Source: Clostridia bacterium | Lineage (GTDB): Bacteria; Bacillota; Clostridia; Oscillospirales; CAG-272 | Assembly: GCA_017547545.1 (NCBI GenBank) | Contig: JAFYPJ010000106.1 | Coordinates: forward strand, 1-42,027 | DNA: 42,027 nucleotides | Reading direction: 5' to 3' | Shown here: piece after piece, positions 30,043 through 38,687 of the stretch | Layout of the letters: the number at the start of each line of letters is the position of its first letter | Numbering within the stretch: position 1 is the first letter of the stretch | Notes under the pieces: generated by a model | Told to the model about the DNA's origin: nothing | The model's database searches: none | What the model saw: the letters and a program-made list of their open reading frames with translations, nothing else | Program-made: the position numbers and the translations under genes

Positions 30043-30831
30043 ATGAAAAAAACACTTTCTTTTATAGGTTGCGGAAATATGGCAGGCGCAATAATAGACG
30101 GAGCAGCCACCTATGATATATGCCTTTATGACAAAGACCGTTCAAAATACGAAAGATTTAAGGAAAAAAACTATATCTGCGCTTCAACTATCGAAGAGGC
30201 AGTTATAGCAGGAGATTATATTTTTCTTTGTGTTAAGCCTCAGAATAAAGACGAGATTCTCCCGGAAATTGCAAAATGCAATCTTGAGGGTAAAATTATA
30301 GTTTCTATTATGGCGGGAGTTAAGATATCAACAATTACAAAGTATATCGGTAATAATATTCCCGTAATCCGTCTTATGCCCAACACTCCCCTTATGTTAG
30401 GGAAGGGTGTTACTTCCCTTACCAGAAACGATAAGGTAAGTGACAGAAAATTTTCGGATATATGCCGTCTTTTCTCGGAAATGGGCGAAATAATGATAGT
30501 AACCGAGGATAAAATAGACGCGGTTATAGCTGCCACCGGCTCTGCACCCGCATATGTTTATCTATTTATAAAATCCATTGCAGATGAGGCAAGAGAAGAG
30601 GGACTTGAAATAAAAAATCTTGATGCAATAATCGCCCGCATGGTTATCGGCTCATGCCACATGGTGCTTGAAAGCGGAAAAACCCCGGATGAGCTTATCA
30701 GAATGGTATGCAGTCCCAACGGTACAACAGAACGCGCAATGAAGGTTTTTGAAGAAGAAAATTTCTCACAAATCATTTCAAAGGCAATGCAAAAATGTGC
30801 GCAGCGTGCAAAAGAGCTTTCTGAAGAGTAA
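30043..30831 (+). CDS. proC: Pyrroline-5-carboxylate reductase
   Basis: FIGCGNMA, CVKPQ, RLMPNTP, GSAPAY, VCSPNGTT. Confidence 0.95.
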   Translation: MKKTLSFIGCGNMAGAIIDGAATYDICLYDKDRSKYERFKEKNYICASTIEEAVIAGDYIFLCVKPQNKDEILPEIAKCNLEGKIIVSIMAGVKISTITKYIGNNIPVIRLMPNTPLMLGKGVTSLTRNDKVSDRKFSDICRLFSEMGEIMIVTEDKIDAVIAATGSAPAYVYLFIKSIADEAREEGLEIKNLDAIIARMVIGSCHMVLESGKTPDELIRMVCSPNGTTERAMKVFEEENFSQIISKAMQKCAQRAKELSEE

Positions 30832-30893
30832 TAAAATCCAACACCTCGGCATACCTTTAAACATAACCATTTGTTTAAAGGCAGGGACAAGAT

Positions 30894-31463
30894 ATGGGTT
30901 TTACAGAGGAACAAAAAAGATACAGAAATGATTTTATAATGCTGACGCTGTTGGCTGTTTTTGGAATAATGATTGGTATTTTTCTTTATGAATATACCGA
31001 TTTCTTTAAATCTCTTAACAAAGAACAACTCTCAACATTTACCGATAAATACGAATTTTCTGCTCTTATATCCTTATTTTCTTCCGAACTGAAATTTATA
31101 ATTCCTGTTTTTATCTCTGGTTTTACGCTTTTTGGCCCTCTTGTTTCCTTTGGAGTATTACTGTACAAGGGGTTTATTTGCGGCTTTTCAATGCTCTACT
31201 TCGGTATGTGTTATCAAAACGGAAATATAACCGAAAAAGAATTCCGACTATACACGCTTATCTTTATACTTTCACTTTTAATATATATAATTTTGGGTGC
31301 AAAGTCAATGGCATTCAGCGGAACCTTAAAATATGCTTCTCCCGATATCAAAATGATATTAAAGCAGGATTTTGCTCAAAAATATATCCTCACATTTCTT
31401 GTTTTATCAGCATTTACACTTATTCTTTTAATACTGAAATATTCAGTACCCTATTTCAAATAA
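30894..31463 (+). CDS. Membrane protein, SpoIIM-like
   Basis: About five TM segments with a SGFTLFGP....LLYKGFICGFS pattern reminiscent of SpoIIM. Confidence 0.5.
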   Translation: MGFTEEQKRYRNDFIMLTLLAVFGIMIGIFLYEYTDFFKSLNKEQLSTFTDKYEFSALISLFSSELKFIIPVFISGFTLFGPLVSFGVLLYKGFICGFSMLYFGMCYQNGNITEKEFRLYTLIFILSLLIYIILGAKSMAFSGTLKYASPDIKMILKQDFAQKYILTFLVLSAFTLILLILKYSVPYFK

Positions 31464-31475
31464 AGGACTTAAAAA

Positions 31476-32411
31476 ATGGACTACGAAAACAAATCTCCCA
31501 AAAAGAAAAAATTCTCACTTTATAATATTTTCAACCCTCAAGGAAACGGACAGGGTATTGAAAAAATACCTGAAGGTCCTGATAATATAGGAAAGTGCTT
31601 TAAGCTTATAGGAAGGCATATAACAAATTTGTTTTATCTTAACCTGATGCTTATTTTCGGGAATTTCCCGATATTTTCTTTTCTTTTAGCATACAATATG
31701 ATGATACCTACCACAGCTGCTTCTTCCGCCCTTTACGGTCCGGTGAACGGCATTGCGCAGTTTACAGGCTCAAATCCTTTTATAAACGCACTGCTTTCAA
31801 TACATGGATTTCAGGTTGCCACTAACGCTCCCACAACTCTCTATTATGTATTTCTTGCGCTTACATGCTTGGTAGTATTCACCTTTGGTCCCGTAAATAC
31901 AGGTGTAACCTATATCATGCGCGCGATGATCAGAGGTCAGCATTTTTCACTTATAAGAGATTTCTTCGGTGCCATAAAAAAGAATTGGAAACAGGCTTTG
32001 ATTATGGGTATCCTTGATTGTGCCCTTATTGCCCTGTTGGTTTACGATATATATTTCTTCTATCTCAATCATTCTGCACTTATGTATGTAAACCTTCTTC
32101 TTCTCTGCTTCTATTTTATAATGAGATATTATATTTATCTCCTTCTTATAACCTTTGATCTGAGTATATGGAAAATAATAAAAAATTCACTCATTTTCAT
32201 CATGCTTAATTTCAAGAGAAATCTTATCGCATTTTCAGGAACAGCAGCAGCTTGTATACTTGAATATCTGGTACTTTCTGTTTTTGTTCCCTTGGGAATT
32301 ATTTTCCCATTTGTTTTACTGTTTTCGGTTCCTATGTTTTTCGGAGCCTTTGCTGCATATACAAAAATAAAAGAAATAATGATAGATCCTCAAGTACAAG
32401 AGACCGCTTAA
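31476..32411 (+). CDS. YesL/DUF624 family membrane protein
   Basis: LFYLNL, FGP..TGVTYIMR.M.RG, DFF.A.KKNWKQ, IIKNSLIF. Confidence 0.75.
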   Translation: MDYENKSPKKKKFSLYNIFNPQGNGQGIEKIPEGPDNIGKCFKLIGRHITNLFYLNLMLIFGNFPIFSFLLAYNMMIPTTAASSALYGPVNGIAQFTGSNPFINALLSIHGFQVATNAPTTLYYVFLALTCLVVFTFGPVNTGVTYIMRAMIRGQHFSLIRDFFGAIKKNWKQALIMGILDCALIALLVYDIYFFYLNHSALMYVNLLLLCFYFIMRYYIYLLLITFDLSIWKIIKNSLIFIMLNFKRNLIAFSGTAAACILEYLVLSVFVPLGIIFPFVLLFSVPMFFGAFAAYTKIKEIMIDPQVQETA

Positions 32412-32422
32412 TGCGGTCTCTT
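32398..32422. terminator. Bidirectional hairpin between convergent genes
   Basis: AAGAGACCGC-TTAAT-GCGGTCTCTT. Confidence 0.65.
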
Positions 32423-32427
32423 ACTAT

Positions 32428-33087
32428 TTACGATGCCAAATCAAACTTTTTCATTTCGGAAACCGTAACAAACCGATACCCCATCTCCTTTAATTTGGGT
32501 ATAAGAATATCAATTGCCTTCGGGGTGGACGATGTTCCCGATACAAAATCATGAAACAGCACCACCGAACCGTCTTTGGCGTTTTTCAATACATTCTCCA
32601 CAATATTTTCAACCGATGCATGAGCCCAATCCTTTGTATCAATATCCCATAAAACAGGTGTATAGCCTAATTCTTTTATCACCTTTACATTTTCTTCTGA
32701 AAGCACGCCTTCAGGAGGTCGAAAAAACTTTGGGTAATCATCGCTGTTGTAAATAAGCGATTCGCATTTCAAAATTTCTTTGGTTAATTCATTCTCGTCA
32801 AGCTCTTTCATGTGACGATGGGAAAAGGTATGGTTTGCCACCTGGTGCCCCTCTCTGTGTTCTCTTTCTGCAATTTCGGGAAAGCGTTCAATATTCGAAC
32901 CAACCGTAAAAAAGGTAGCCTTAACATTATACTTATTAAGAATATCAAGTATTTCCGCTGTATATTTATAATGAGGACCGTCATCAAAAGTAAAGGCTAT
33001 TTGTTTTTGGTGAGCGTGAATATTTGTAGGCAAAAAAGCTAATATTACACACAAAATGGGAATAACTTTACTTTTTGCAAAGCTCAT
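32428..33087 (-). CDS. Secreted polysaccharide (peptidoglycan) deacetylase, NodB domain
   Basis: Signal peptide, TFDDGP, NHTFSH, FRPPEG, DTKDW, LFHD. Confidence 0.9.
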   Translation of the reverse strand: MSFAKSKVIPILCVILAFLPTNIHAHQKQIAFTFDDGPHYKYTAEILDILNKYNVKATFFTVGSNIERFPEIAEREHREGHQVANHTFSHRHMKELDENELTKEILKCESLIYNSDDYPKFFRPPEGVLSEENVKVIKELGYTPVLWDIDTKDWAHASVENIVENVLKNAKDGSVVLFHDFVSGTSSTPKAIDILIPKLKEMGYRFVTVSEMKKFDLAS

Positions 33088-33844
33088 TCAGATCACCAAA
33101 CCTATAACCGAGTTCTTTCCATTTGATTATCAAAGTTTCCAATATTTCTGCATTTGTAGCTGATGTTGGATGGAGTAGCAGTACCATGCCGTTATGCGTA
33201 TTGGAAAGCAGTTTATTTATAGCCTCCTTGGGATCGGGTTGGGCATTGTTATCCCAATCTGCATAGGCAAGACTCCAGAAAACCGTACTATATCCCAATT
33301 TATTGGCAAAATACATGTTTTCTTCGCTGAACTTGCCTTCGGGCGGACGATAAAATTTTTCCATTTCTTTTCCCGTATATTCTTTATAAACATTTTCTAA
33401 TGCAACAAGTTCATTTTTAAAGCTTTCTATATTGCAGATTGCCGTCATATCCTTGTGAGAAGCCGTATGATTACATACAAGATGCCCTTCCTTTGCCATT
33501 CGGCAAACAAGCTCTGTATCCCGTTTAATTAAATTTTCAAGAACAAAGAATGCACCTTTTACATCCTGCTTTTTCAAGATGTCAAGAATCTTTTCTATAT
33601 TTCCGTTTTCATAGCCTGCGTCAAAAGTAAGATATATAACCTTATCCTTTTCCGTAGCGTTTTTATCCAGATAGTAGCCGTTATATTTTTCAATAAAAGC
33701 CAATTGCGGTTCTATTTTGGGTGCAAGATTTCCCGAACGCATACAATACCAGCCGTGCGGCTGCCTTGAATAACCAAAAGCTCCTATTGATACCGAAACT
33801 ATCAAAACAACACAAAGAATTACGGATATTATTGCCTTTTTCAA
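33068..33844 (-). CDS. pdaA: PdaA-like spore cortex muramic delta-lactam de-N-acetylase
   Basis: YLTFDAGYENG, NHTASH, YRPPEG.FSE, FWSLAYADW, LLLH..S.TNA; TTG start at 33844 after SD GGAGGTG. Confidence 0.8.
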   Translation of the reverse strand: MKKAIISVILCVVLIVSVSIGAFGYSRQPHGWYCMRSGNLAPKIEPQLAFIEKYNGYYLDKNATEKDKVIYLTFDAGYENGNIEKILDILKKQDVKGAFFVLENLIKRDTELVCRMAKEGHLVCNHTASHKDMTAICNIESFKNELVALENVYKEYTGKEMEKFYRPPEGKFSEENMYFANKLGYSTVFWSLAYADWDNNAQPDPKEAINKLLSNTHNGMVLLLHPTSATNAEILETLIIKWKELGYRFGDLNELCKK

Positions 33845-33861
33845 TATTTTCACCTCCAATT

Positions 33862-33891
33862 TAATTTTGCGTAAATTGAAGAATAATAAAC
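33862..33891 (-). promoter_or_regulatory. Putative forespore (sigma-F/G type) promoter of pdaA
   Basis: Minus strand GTTTA, 15 bp spacer, CGCAAAATTA. Confidence 0.45.
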
Positions 33892-33959
33892 TCTGTAATT
33901 ATTGCAATTTTAGTTGTCTTATGTTACAATTACTATATAATTATTTTAAAGAGGTAAGT

Positions 33960-34697
33960 ATGCCGAGATTTTTTGTTGATAAAAATAATATTACCGATAA
34001 TCAAATAAAGATTACAGGGGTTGATGTTAATCACATAAAGAATGTACTTCGCATGAAACCCGGTGAAGAGATTTTTGTTTGTAACGGAGAAGGTACCGAT
34101 TATACCTGCGTTATTTCTTCCCTTGAGCGTGAGGAAATAGCTCTTGATATATTAAGCTCATCTCCTTCTGATACCGAATTAAACCAGAAGCTCTACCTGT
34201 TTCAGGGACTTCCCAAATCGGATAAAATGGAGCTGATAATTCAAAAGGCTGTTGAGCTTGGAGTTTATGAAATAATTCCCGTTCAAACAATGCGCGCAAT
34301 AGTAAAAATTGATGCAAAAAAAGAGGATAAAAAAATTGCCCGTTGGCAGCAGATCTCCGAGGCTGCAGCGAAACAAAGCGGCAGAGGAATCATTCCCCGT
34401 ATACACCACCCCATGAATTTTAAGGATGCTCTTTTATATGCAACCACCCTTGAAGCGGCAATAATACCTTACGAAAATGCCAAGGGAATGGAAAACACAA
34501 AAGAAATCATTTCATCCTTTAAGGATAAAGCATCGGTTGGCATATTTATCGGGCCGGAGGGCGGATTTGACGAAAGTGAAATTGAGCTTGCTGTTTCCAA
34601 AAATATTATACCTGTTACCTTGGGGAAAAGAATATTGCGTACCGAAACGGCAGGACTTACAATTCTGTCCGTACTTATGTTTCAAGCAGAAAAATAA
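33960..34697 (+). CDS. rsmE: 16S rRNA (uracil1498-N3)-methyltransferase
   Basis: MPRFF, HIKNVLRM, QKAVELGV, EAAAKQSGR, IGPEGGF, LGKRILRTETAG; start ATG 33960 after GAGGT. Confidence 0.96.
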   Translation: MPRFFVDKNNITDNQIKITGVDVNHIKNVLRMKPGEEIFVCNGEGTDYTCVISSLEREEIALDILSSSPSDTELNQKLYLFQGLPKSDKMELIIQKAVELGVYEIIPVQTMRAIVKIDAKKEDKKIARWQQISEAAAKQSGRGIIPRIHHPMNFKDALLYATTLEAAIIPYENAKGMENTKEIISSFKDKASVGIFIGPEGGFDESEIELAVSKNIIPVTLGKRILRTETAGLTILSVLMFQAEK

Positions 34698-34723
34698 AAG
34701 CAGTCGTTTATGACTGCTTTTAA
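34695..34723. terminator. Bidirectional terminator
   Basis: TAAAAGCAGTCG-TTTA-TGACTGCTTTTA between convergent genes. Confidence 0.8.
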
Positions 34724-34935
34724 TATTTATCACTTTCTATATATTCCTCTCTCTGTCTGAAAAGAAGAGAAATACACCAAAGGGCAGCAAGACCTACCAC
34801 CGAATAAATAATACGGCTTAAAAGCTCCATTTGTCCTCCGAATATCCAAGCTACAATATCAAAACCGAACAAACCGATACTTCCCCAGTTCAAACCGCCG
34901 ATAATAGCAAGGATAAGTGCGATTCTATCAAGCAT
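34720..34935 (-). CDS. DUF378 (YuzA-like) small membrane protein
   Basis: IIGGLNWG.IGLFGFDIVA, SRIIY.VVGLAALW; SD AAGGAG. Confidence 0.9.
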   Translation of the reverse strand: MLDRIALILAIIGGLNWGSIGLFGFDIVAWIFGGQMELLSRIIYSVVGLAALWCISLLFRQREEYIESDKY

Positions 34936-34966
34936 AGTAAAACTCCTTTGTAATTTATTACGCTTG

Positions 34967-34996
34967 TAGTTTGCACATAATTTTCAGTTTTTATTC
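34967..34996 (-). promoter_or_regulatory. Putative sigma-G promoter of the DUF378 gene
   Basis: Minus strand GAATA, 18 bp spacer, CAAACTA. Confidence 0.5.
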
Positions 34997-35923
34997 ATTG
35001 ATTTTCGAGTTAATGTATATGTTACCATTTGTAACACTTCCCTTTATTTCATCCGGCAAAGACAAAAGCTCCTCTTGTTCGGATTCGTTTTCATCCGTTG
35101 TTGCTTCGGGATCACTTTCCTCTGTTTTGTCATTTAAGGTTTCAGGATAAATAATTCCTTCCACAGAATCACCCTGTTCACTTTCGTCAAGATATACAGC
35201 TCCCGATTTACAGCTGACATAATACTGACTGCGTTCACCGTCATTAAAGGTTACATTTCCAAATTCAACACTGAAATCTGTTTTTCTAAGAGATGAACTT
35301 AAAATTTCAAGATTTCCTTTTTTAACCTCGATCGTAGTTTCAAGCATTGTTTTAACAGAATCTATTTTAAGATCTCCGTTATTTACATCAAAATCGTAAA
35401 GACAATCGGAATTTATATTCTTAATAGAAACATTACCGTTTTCAAGCTTGACACTTATCTCACTCAGTGTTATATCATCGGAAATATAAATGTTTACTGC
35501 AGAATTAACCTTATCATATTTATTCAAAAAGAAATAACTTCTCAGGCCGCAGAAGCCGGAACCGTTCTTACGGAATTTTACCAATGAAGTAATATCAAAA
35601 GGATTGATCGTCTTTAAGGTCATTTTATATCCCGAAACGGTATAATCATAAACCGCAGGATTGATATTTACAAATTCAACATAGGATTCCTTGGCTCCGG
35701 ATATAATATTAACATCGATATCTTTCATATTGATGCCAAGACTTGTAATACCGTAATCAGCCAATTCATCAGAGGTTATGGCATTACCCTGTGCATCAAC
35801 GGTATCGCTTAAAAGATTAAGGTTACTTTTAGAAGCAAGGGAATTGCACACAATACAGGTTACAATACCGCCAACAATAAGTATGGCCGCTATGATAAGA
35901 AATATAATAGATTTTGCTTTCAT
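34991..35923 (-). CDS. DUF4097 beta-strand repeat membrane-anchored protein
   Basis: N-terminal TM followed by repeated NGNVSI/NGDLKI/KGNLEI/FGNVTF/NGNIYI; ATG 35923 overlaps the upstream stop. Confidence 0.75.
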   Translation of the reverse strand: MKAKSIIFLIIAAILIVGGIVTCIVCNSLASKSNLNLLSDTVDAQGNAITSDELADYGITSLGINMKDIDVNIISGAKESYVEFVNINPAVYDYTVSGYKMTLKTINPFDITSLVKFRKNGSGFCGLRSYFFLNKYDKVNSAVNIYISDDITLSEISVKLENGNVSIKNINSDCLYDFDVNNGDLKIDSVKTMLETTIEVKKGNLEILSSSLRKTDFSVEFGNVTFNDGERSQYYVSCKSGAVYLDESEQGDSVEGIIYPETLNDKTEESDPEATTDENESEQEELLSLPDEIKGSVTNGNIYINSKINE

Positions 35924-37146
35924 TATCTGCCACACTCCTTTTTAGCAATATAGAAAAGATCAAGCAATTTTTCTATAACAAATTTTGCAAGCCTTGTAAT
36001 ACACTTGTATAAGAAAGGTGCAAATCTTATAGCAATGTTATACAAAAGAACCGAAACAAGTATAGTTATACCGCCAATAGCCACTCCAAGACCTATTTCA
36101 AAGGCGCCCAAAACAGGAACTGTAAGGGTTTCGGTTATACCGTAAATTATACCAATAAGCGAAAGTGCCGTTCCGATTGCAACACATGATATCATAGCCG
36201 CAGCAAAAGCAATTATTATTCCGGTAACCGCAACATAGGCAATTCCAAAAAGCACTGCTATTGAAAGAAGAAGCGGAAGGGTTATGGGCAATGTTAAAAT
36301 AAACAAGGTCCAGAACAAAGGAGTACCTTTAACTTTCTCTCTTTTTTTCTTGCGTTTTGTTTTCTTTAACTCATATGAATCGCCATTATCATCTATTGTT
36401 ACCAGTTCTGCTTCTTCAACCAAAAATTCATCCACATCACTTATGGTATATGGCTTGTCATTAACTTCAGAATTTTTAATTGCTTCAGTCTCTTCATAGG
36501 CAATATCAGGGCGTTCCATGGGATCAACTATTTCAATTACAGGATCATTTTCTTTTTGATCAACCAAAACAGCTTCTTCGGGCTCTGACTTCTCTTGAAC
36601 AACCGATTCATCCGCAATATTCACAATGATCTCATCCTGTTCAGCTATCGCGCGTTCGATAGCTAAGCGTTTCAATTCTTCGTATGTCTCCTTGTCCTTG
36701 CGTTCTTCCTCGGCTTCCATCGCCAAAATTTCAAGAACATCCTTGGATTCCTCTGCCACAGGCTCAGGCGCCGGATCTTCTTTTGGAATCTCGCTCACAC
36801 AAGCTTCTTCTGCCTTTATCTCTTCTTCGGCCTGTACAGCTTCTTCAACTGCTTCAGACTCCGGTTCCTGTGTTACAAAAGAAGGCTCGACAGACTCGGT
36901 GCTATCCTCAGATACCCACACTTCCTCCTTTTGAACCTTTGCAAGATCGCCGTAATTACGCTTTATTACGGTTATGGCAATAGACTCAATATCTTCTTCT
37001 GTAGGGTTTTCGCTTTCAAAATCCTCATCACTTACAGTAGCAAGAAATTTTTCCATATCCTGAACATGCTTTTTTATATCCTCGGCTGTGATGGGATATT
37101 CCGAAAGCTTTTGTTCCAGGATATTCAAAAATATTTGCTTATCCAT
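35923..37146 (-). CDS. DUF1700/HAAS-like membrane protein with long acidic cytoplasmic insert
   Basis: MDKQIFLNILEQKL N-terminus and C-terminal TM block LPITLPLL...GIIYG; paired with DUF4097. Confidence 0.65.
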   Translation of the reverse strand: MDKQIFLNILEQKLSEYPITAEDIKKHVQDMEKFLATVSDEDFESENPTEEDIESIAITVIKRNYGDLAKVQKEEVWVSEDSTESVEPSFVTQEPESEAVEEAVQAEEEIKAEEACVSEIPKEDPAPEPVAEESKDVLEILAMEAEEERKDKETYEELKRLAIERAIAEQDEIIVNIADESVVQEKSEPEEAVLVDQKENDPVIEIVDPMERPDIAYEETEAIKNSEVNDKPYTISDVDEFLVEEAELVTIDDNGDSYELKKTKRKKKREKVKGTPLFWTLFILTLPITLPLLLSIAVLFGIAYVAVTGIIIAFAAAMISCVAIGTALSLIGIIYGITETLTVPVLGAFEIGLGVAIGGITILVSVLLYNIAIRFAPFLYKCITRLAKFVIEKLLDLFYIAKKECGR

Positions 37147-37192
37147 CTTAGATTCTCCTTAAATAAATTCTTAAAAGCCCTTTATTTTTGTG

Positions 37193-37232
37193 TTATATTA
37201 TAGTATAATATAGTTATTATATTATAGTATAA
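37193..37232. repeat. Two exact 16-bp near-palindromic direct repeats TTATATTATAGTATAA in a divergent promoter region
   Basis: Copies at 37193-37208 and 37217-37232. Confidence 0.8.
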
Positions 37233-37255
37233 CATATGGAGTAAAAAATTTCAAT

Positions 37256-38386
37256 ATGAGAATGAGAAAAAAAAAGAACTCGGTTTCACGAATATCCGAG
37301 TGTAATGAGCTTTTACTAAACTCAAGAGAAGAGATAGAGAGCTTCCCCGTAACGGTTGAAATAGGCTGCGGAAAGGGAAAATTTATAGTTGAAACGGCAA
37401 AAAGAAATCCTTCGGTCAATTATATTGCAATTGAAAAAATATCCGATGTTGCTCTTCTTGCCATGGAAAAGGTAAGAGATGCAGGTTTAACAAATGTAAA
37501 ATTCATAATCGGTGATGCCAAAACCCTTCCTGAATTTTTCCGCAAAAACGAGCTTGAACGCATTTATCTTAACTTCAGTGATCCTTGGCCCAAGTCCGGT
37601 CATACAAGACGCCGTCTTACATACCGCGGTTTTCTTGAAATGTATAAAGAGCTTCTCTGCCCCACGGGTGAGATCGTATTCAAAACAGATAACCGCCCTT
37701 TATTTGACTTTTCTCTTGAAGAGTTCAGATATATGGGTTTTGATCTTGAAGACCTTACCTATGATCTTCATGCAAGCGAGTATGCAGAGGATAATATAGT
37801 AACCGAATATGAGGCAAACTTCTCAGCAAAAGGCTTCACCATAAACAGAGTTCGTGCTAAAATGAATTCTGTTACCAATCTTGAAATAAGAAAGGCGGAA
37901 GCTTGCGAGCTTGACCGTATAATGGAAATAGTGGCTCAGGCGCAAGAGTATATGAAGGAAGCAGGCTTTTGCCAATGGGATAACGGCTATCCTTCACGGG
38001 AGCTTATAGAAAAGGATATAAAGGACGAAAACAGATATGTTGTTTGCCATAATAATACCATAATGGCAAGTGCAGGTTTATTTATGGGCGAAGAGCCGGA
38101 CTATAAAGAAATTTATGAAGGCGAATGGTTAAATTCTTCACCGTATATTTCTATCCATCGTATTTGTGTTGATAACAAATTTAAGGGTATGGGTTTAGGC
38201 GGTGCTGTTGTACGCCATTGTGAAGATATTGCAAGAAAAAATAATATCCGTAACATCCGTTGCGATACCCACGAAGAAAATCTTTCAATGCGCCGCATGC
38301 TTGAAAAGAACGGTTTTGTGTACTGCGGAATTATTCATCTGGCAGACGGTTCCCCCAGAGTTGCATACCAAAAGAAAATGAAATAA
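37256..38386 (+). CDS. trmB: tRNA (guanine46-N7)-methyltransferase fused to a C-terminal GNAT acetyltransferase
   Basis: MRMRKK, EIGCGKG, LNFSDPWPK..H..RRLT, FKTDN, TEYE (aa 1-200); then QWDNGYP, IHRICV...KGMGLG, DTHEEN..M..MLEKNGF.YCG. Confidence 0.92.
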   Translation: MRMRKKKNSVSRISECNELLLNSREEIESFPVTVEIGCGKGKFIVETAKRNPSVNYIAIEKISDVALLAMEKVRDAGLTNVKFIIGDAKTLPEFFRKNELERIYLNFSDPWPKSGHTRRRLTYRGFLEMYKELLCPTGEIVFKTDNRPLFDFSLEEFRYMGFDLEDLTYDLHASEYAEDNIVTEYEANFSAKGFTINRVRAKMNSVTNLEIRKAEACELDRIMEIVAQAQEYMKEAGFCQWDNGYPSRELIEKDIKDENRYVVCHNNTIMASAGLFMGEEPDYKEIYEGEWLNSSPYISIHRICVDNKFKGMGLGGAVVRHCEDIARKNNIRNIRCDTHEENLSMRRMLEKNGFVYCGIIHLADGSPRVAYQKKMK

Positions 38387-38443
38387 CCGCACATAGACGG
38401 ATATTTGCTTCACACTGCAAATGAATATATTCTATATACTAAT

Positions 38444-38482
38444 AAAAGCTACGGGATCTTTTCCCGTAGCTTGTTATTTTTT
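38444..38482. terminator. Bidirectional terminator
   Basis: AAAAGCTACGGGA-TCTTT-TCCCGTAGCTT-GTTATTTTTT. Confidence 0.85.
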
Positions 38483-38550
38483 GTCCGCCCCAAAGGGCGG
38501 TATTTCAGCACCCCCGTTGGGTACCGCGCTGTCTGAATTGCTTCAACACT
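38444..38550 (-). ncRNA. Candidate structured small RNA (unassigned)
   Basis: GC-rich island with two hairpins, a TATAAT upstream and a terminator downstream on the minus strand; no family recognised. Confidence 0.3.
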
Positions 38551-38630
38551 TTAATTATATTCACCCAATGTGACGAAAAAATGATTATTATATGTTTCTT
38601 TTGAAATTTTATAATTTATTCTTTTATTTC

Positions 38631-38659
38631 TTGATAAATAGCTTGATTTGTAGTATAAT
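38631..38659 (+). promoter_or_regulatory. sigma-A promoter of pcrA
   Basis: TTGATA, 17 bp spacer, TATAAT; SD GGAGG before the TTG start. Confidence 0.75.
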
Positions 38660-38687
38660 TAAATAAGCATTTTGCGGAGGTTTTAAA

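Noticed and set aside
38510-38531. GGGTACCGCG resembling a T-box (GGTGGTACCGCG)
   Set aside because: The UGGN bulge, stem I and a following terminator are missing, and the downstream gene is pcrA with its own promoter.
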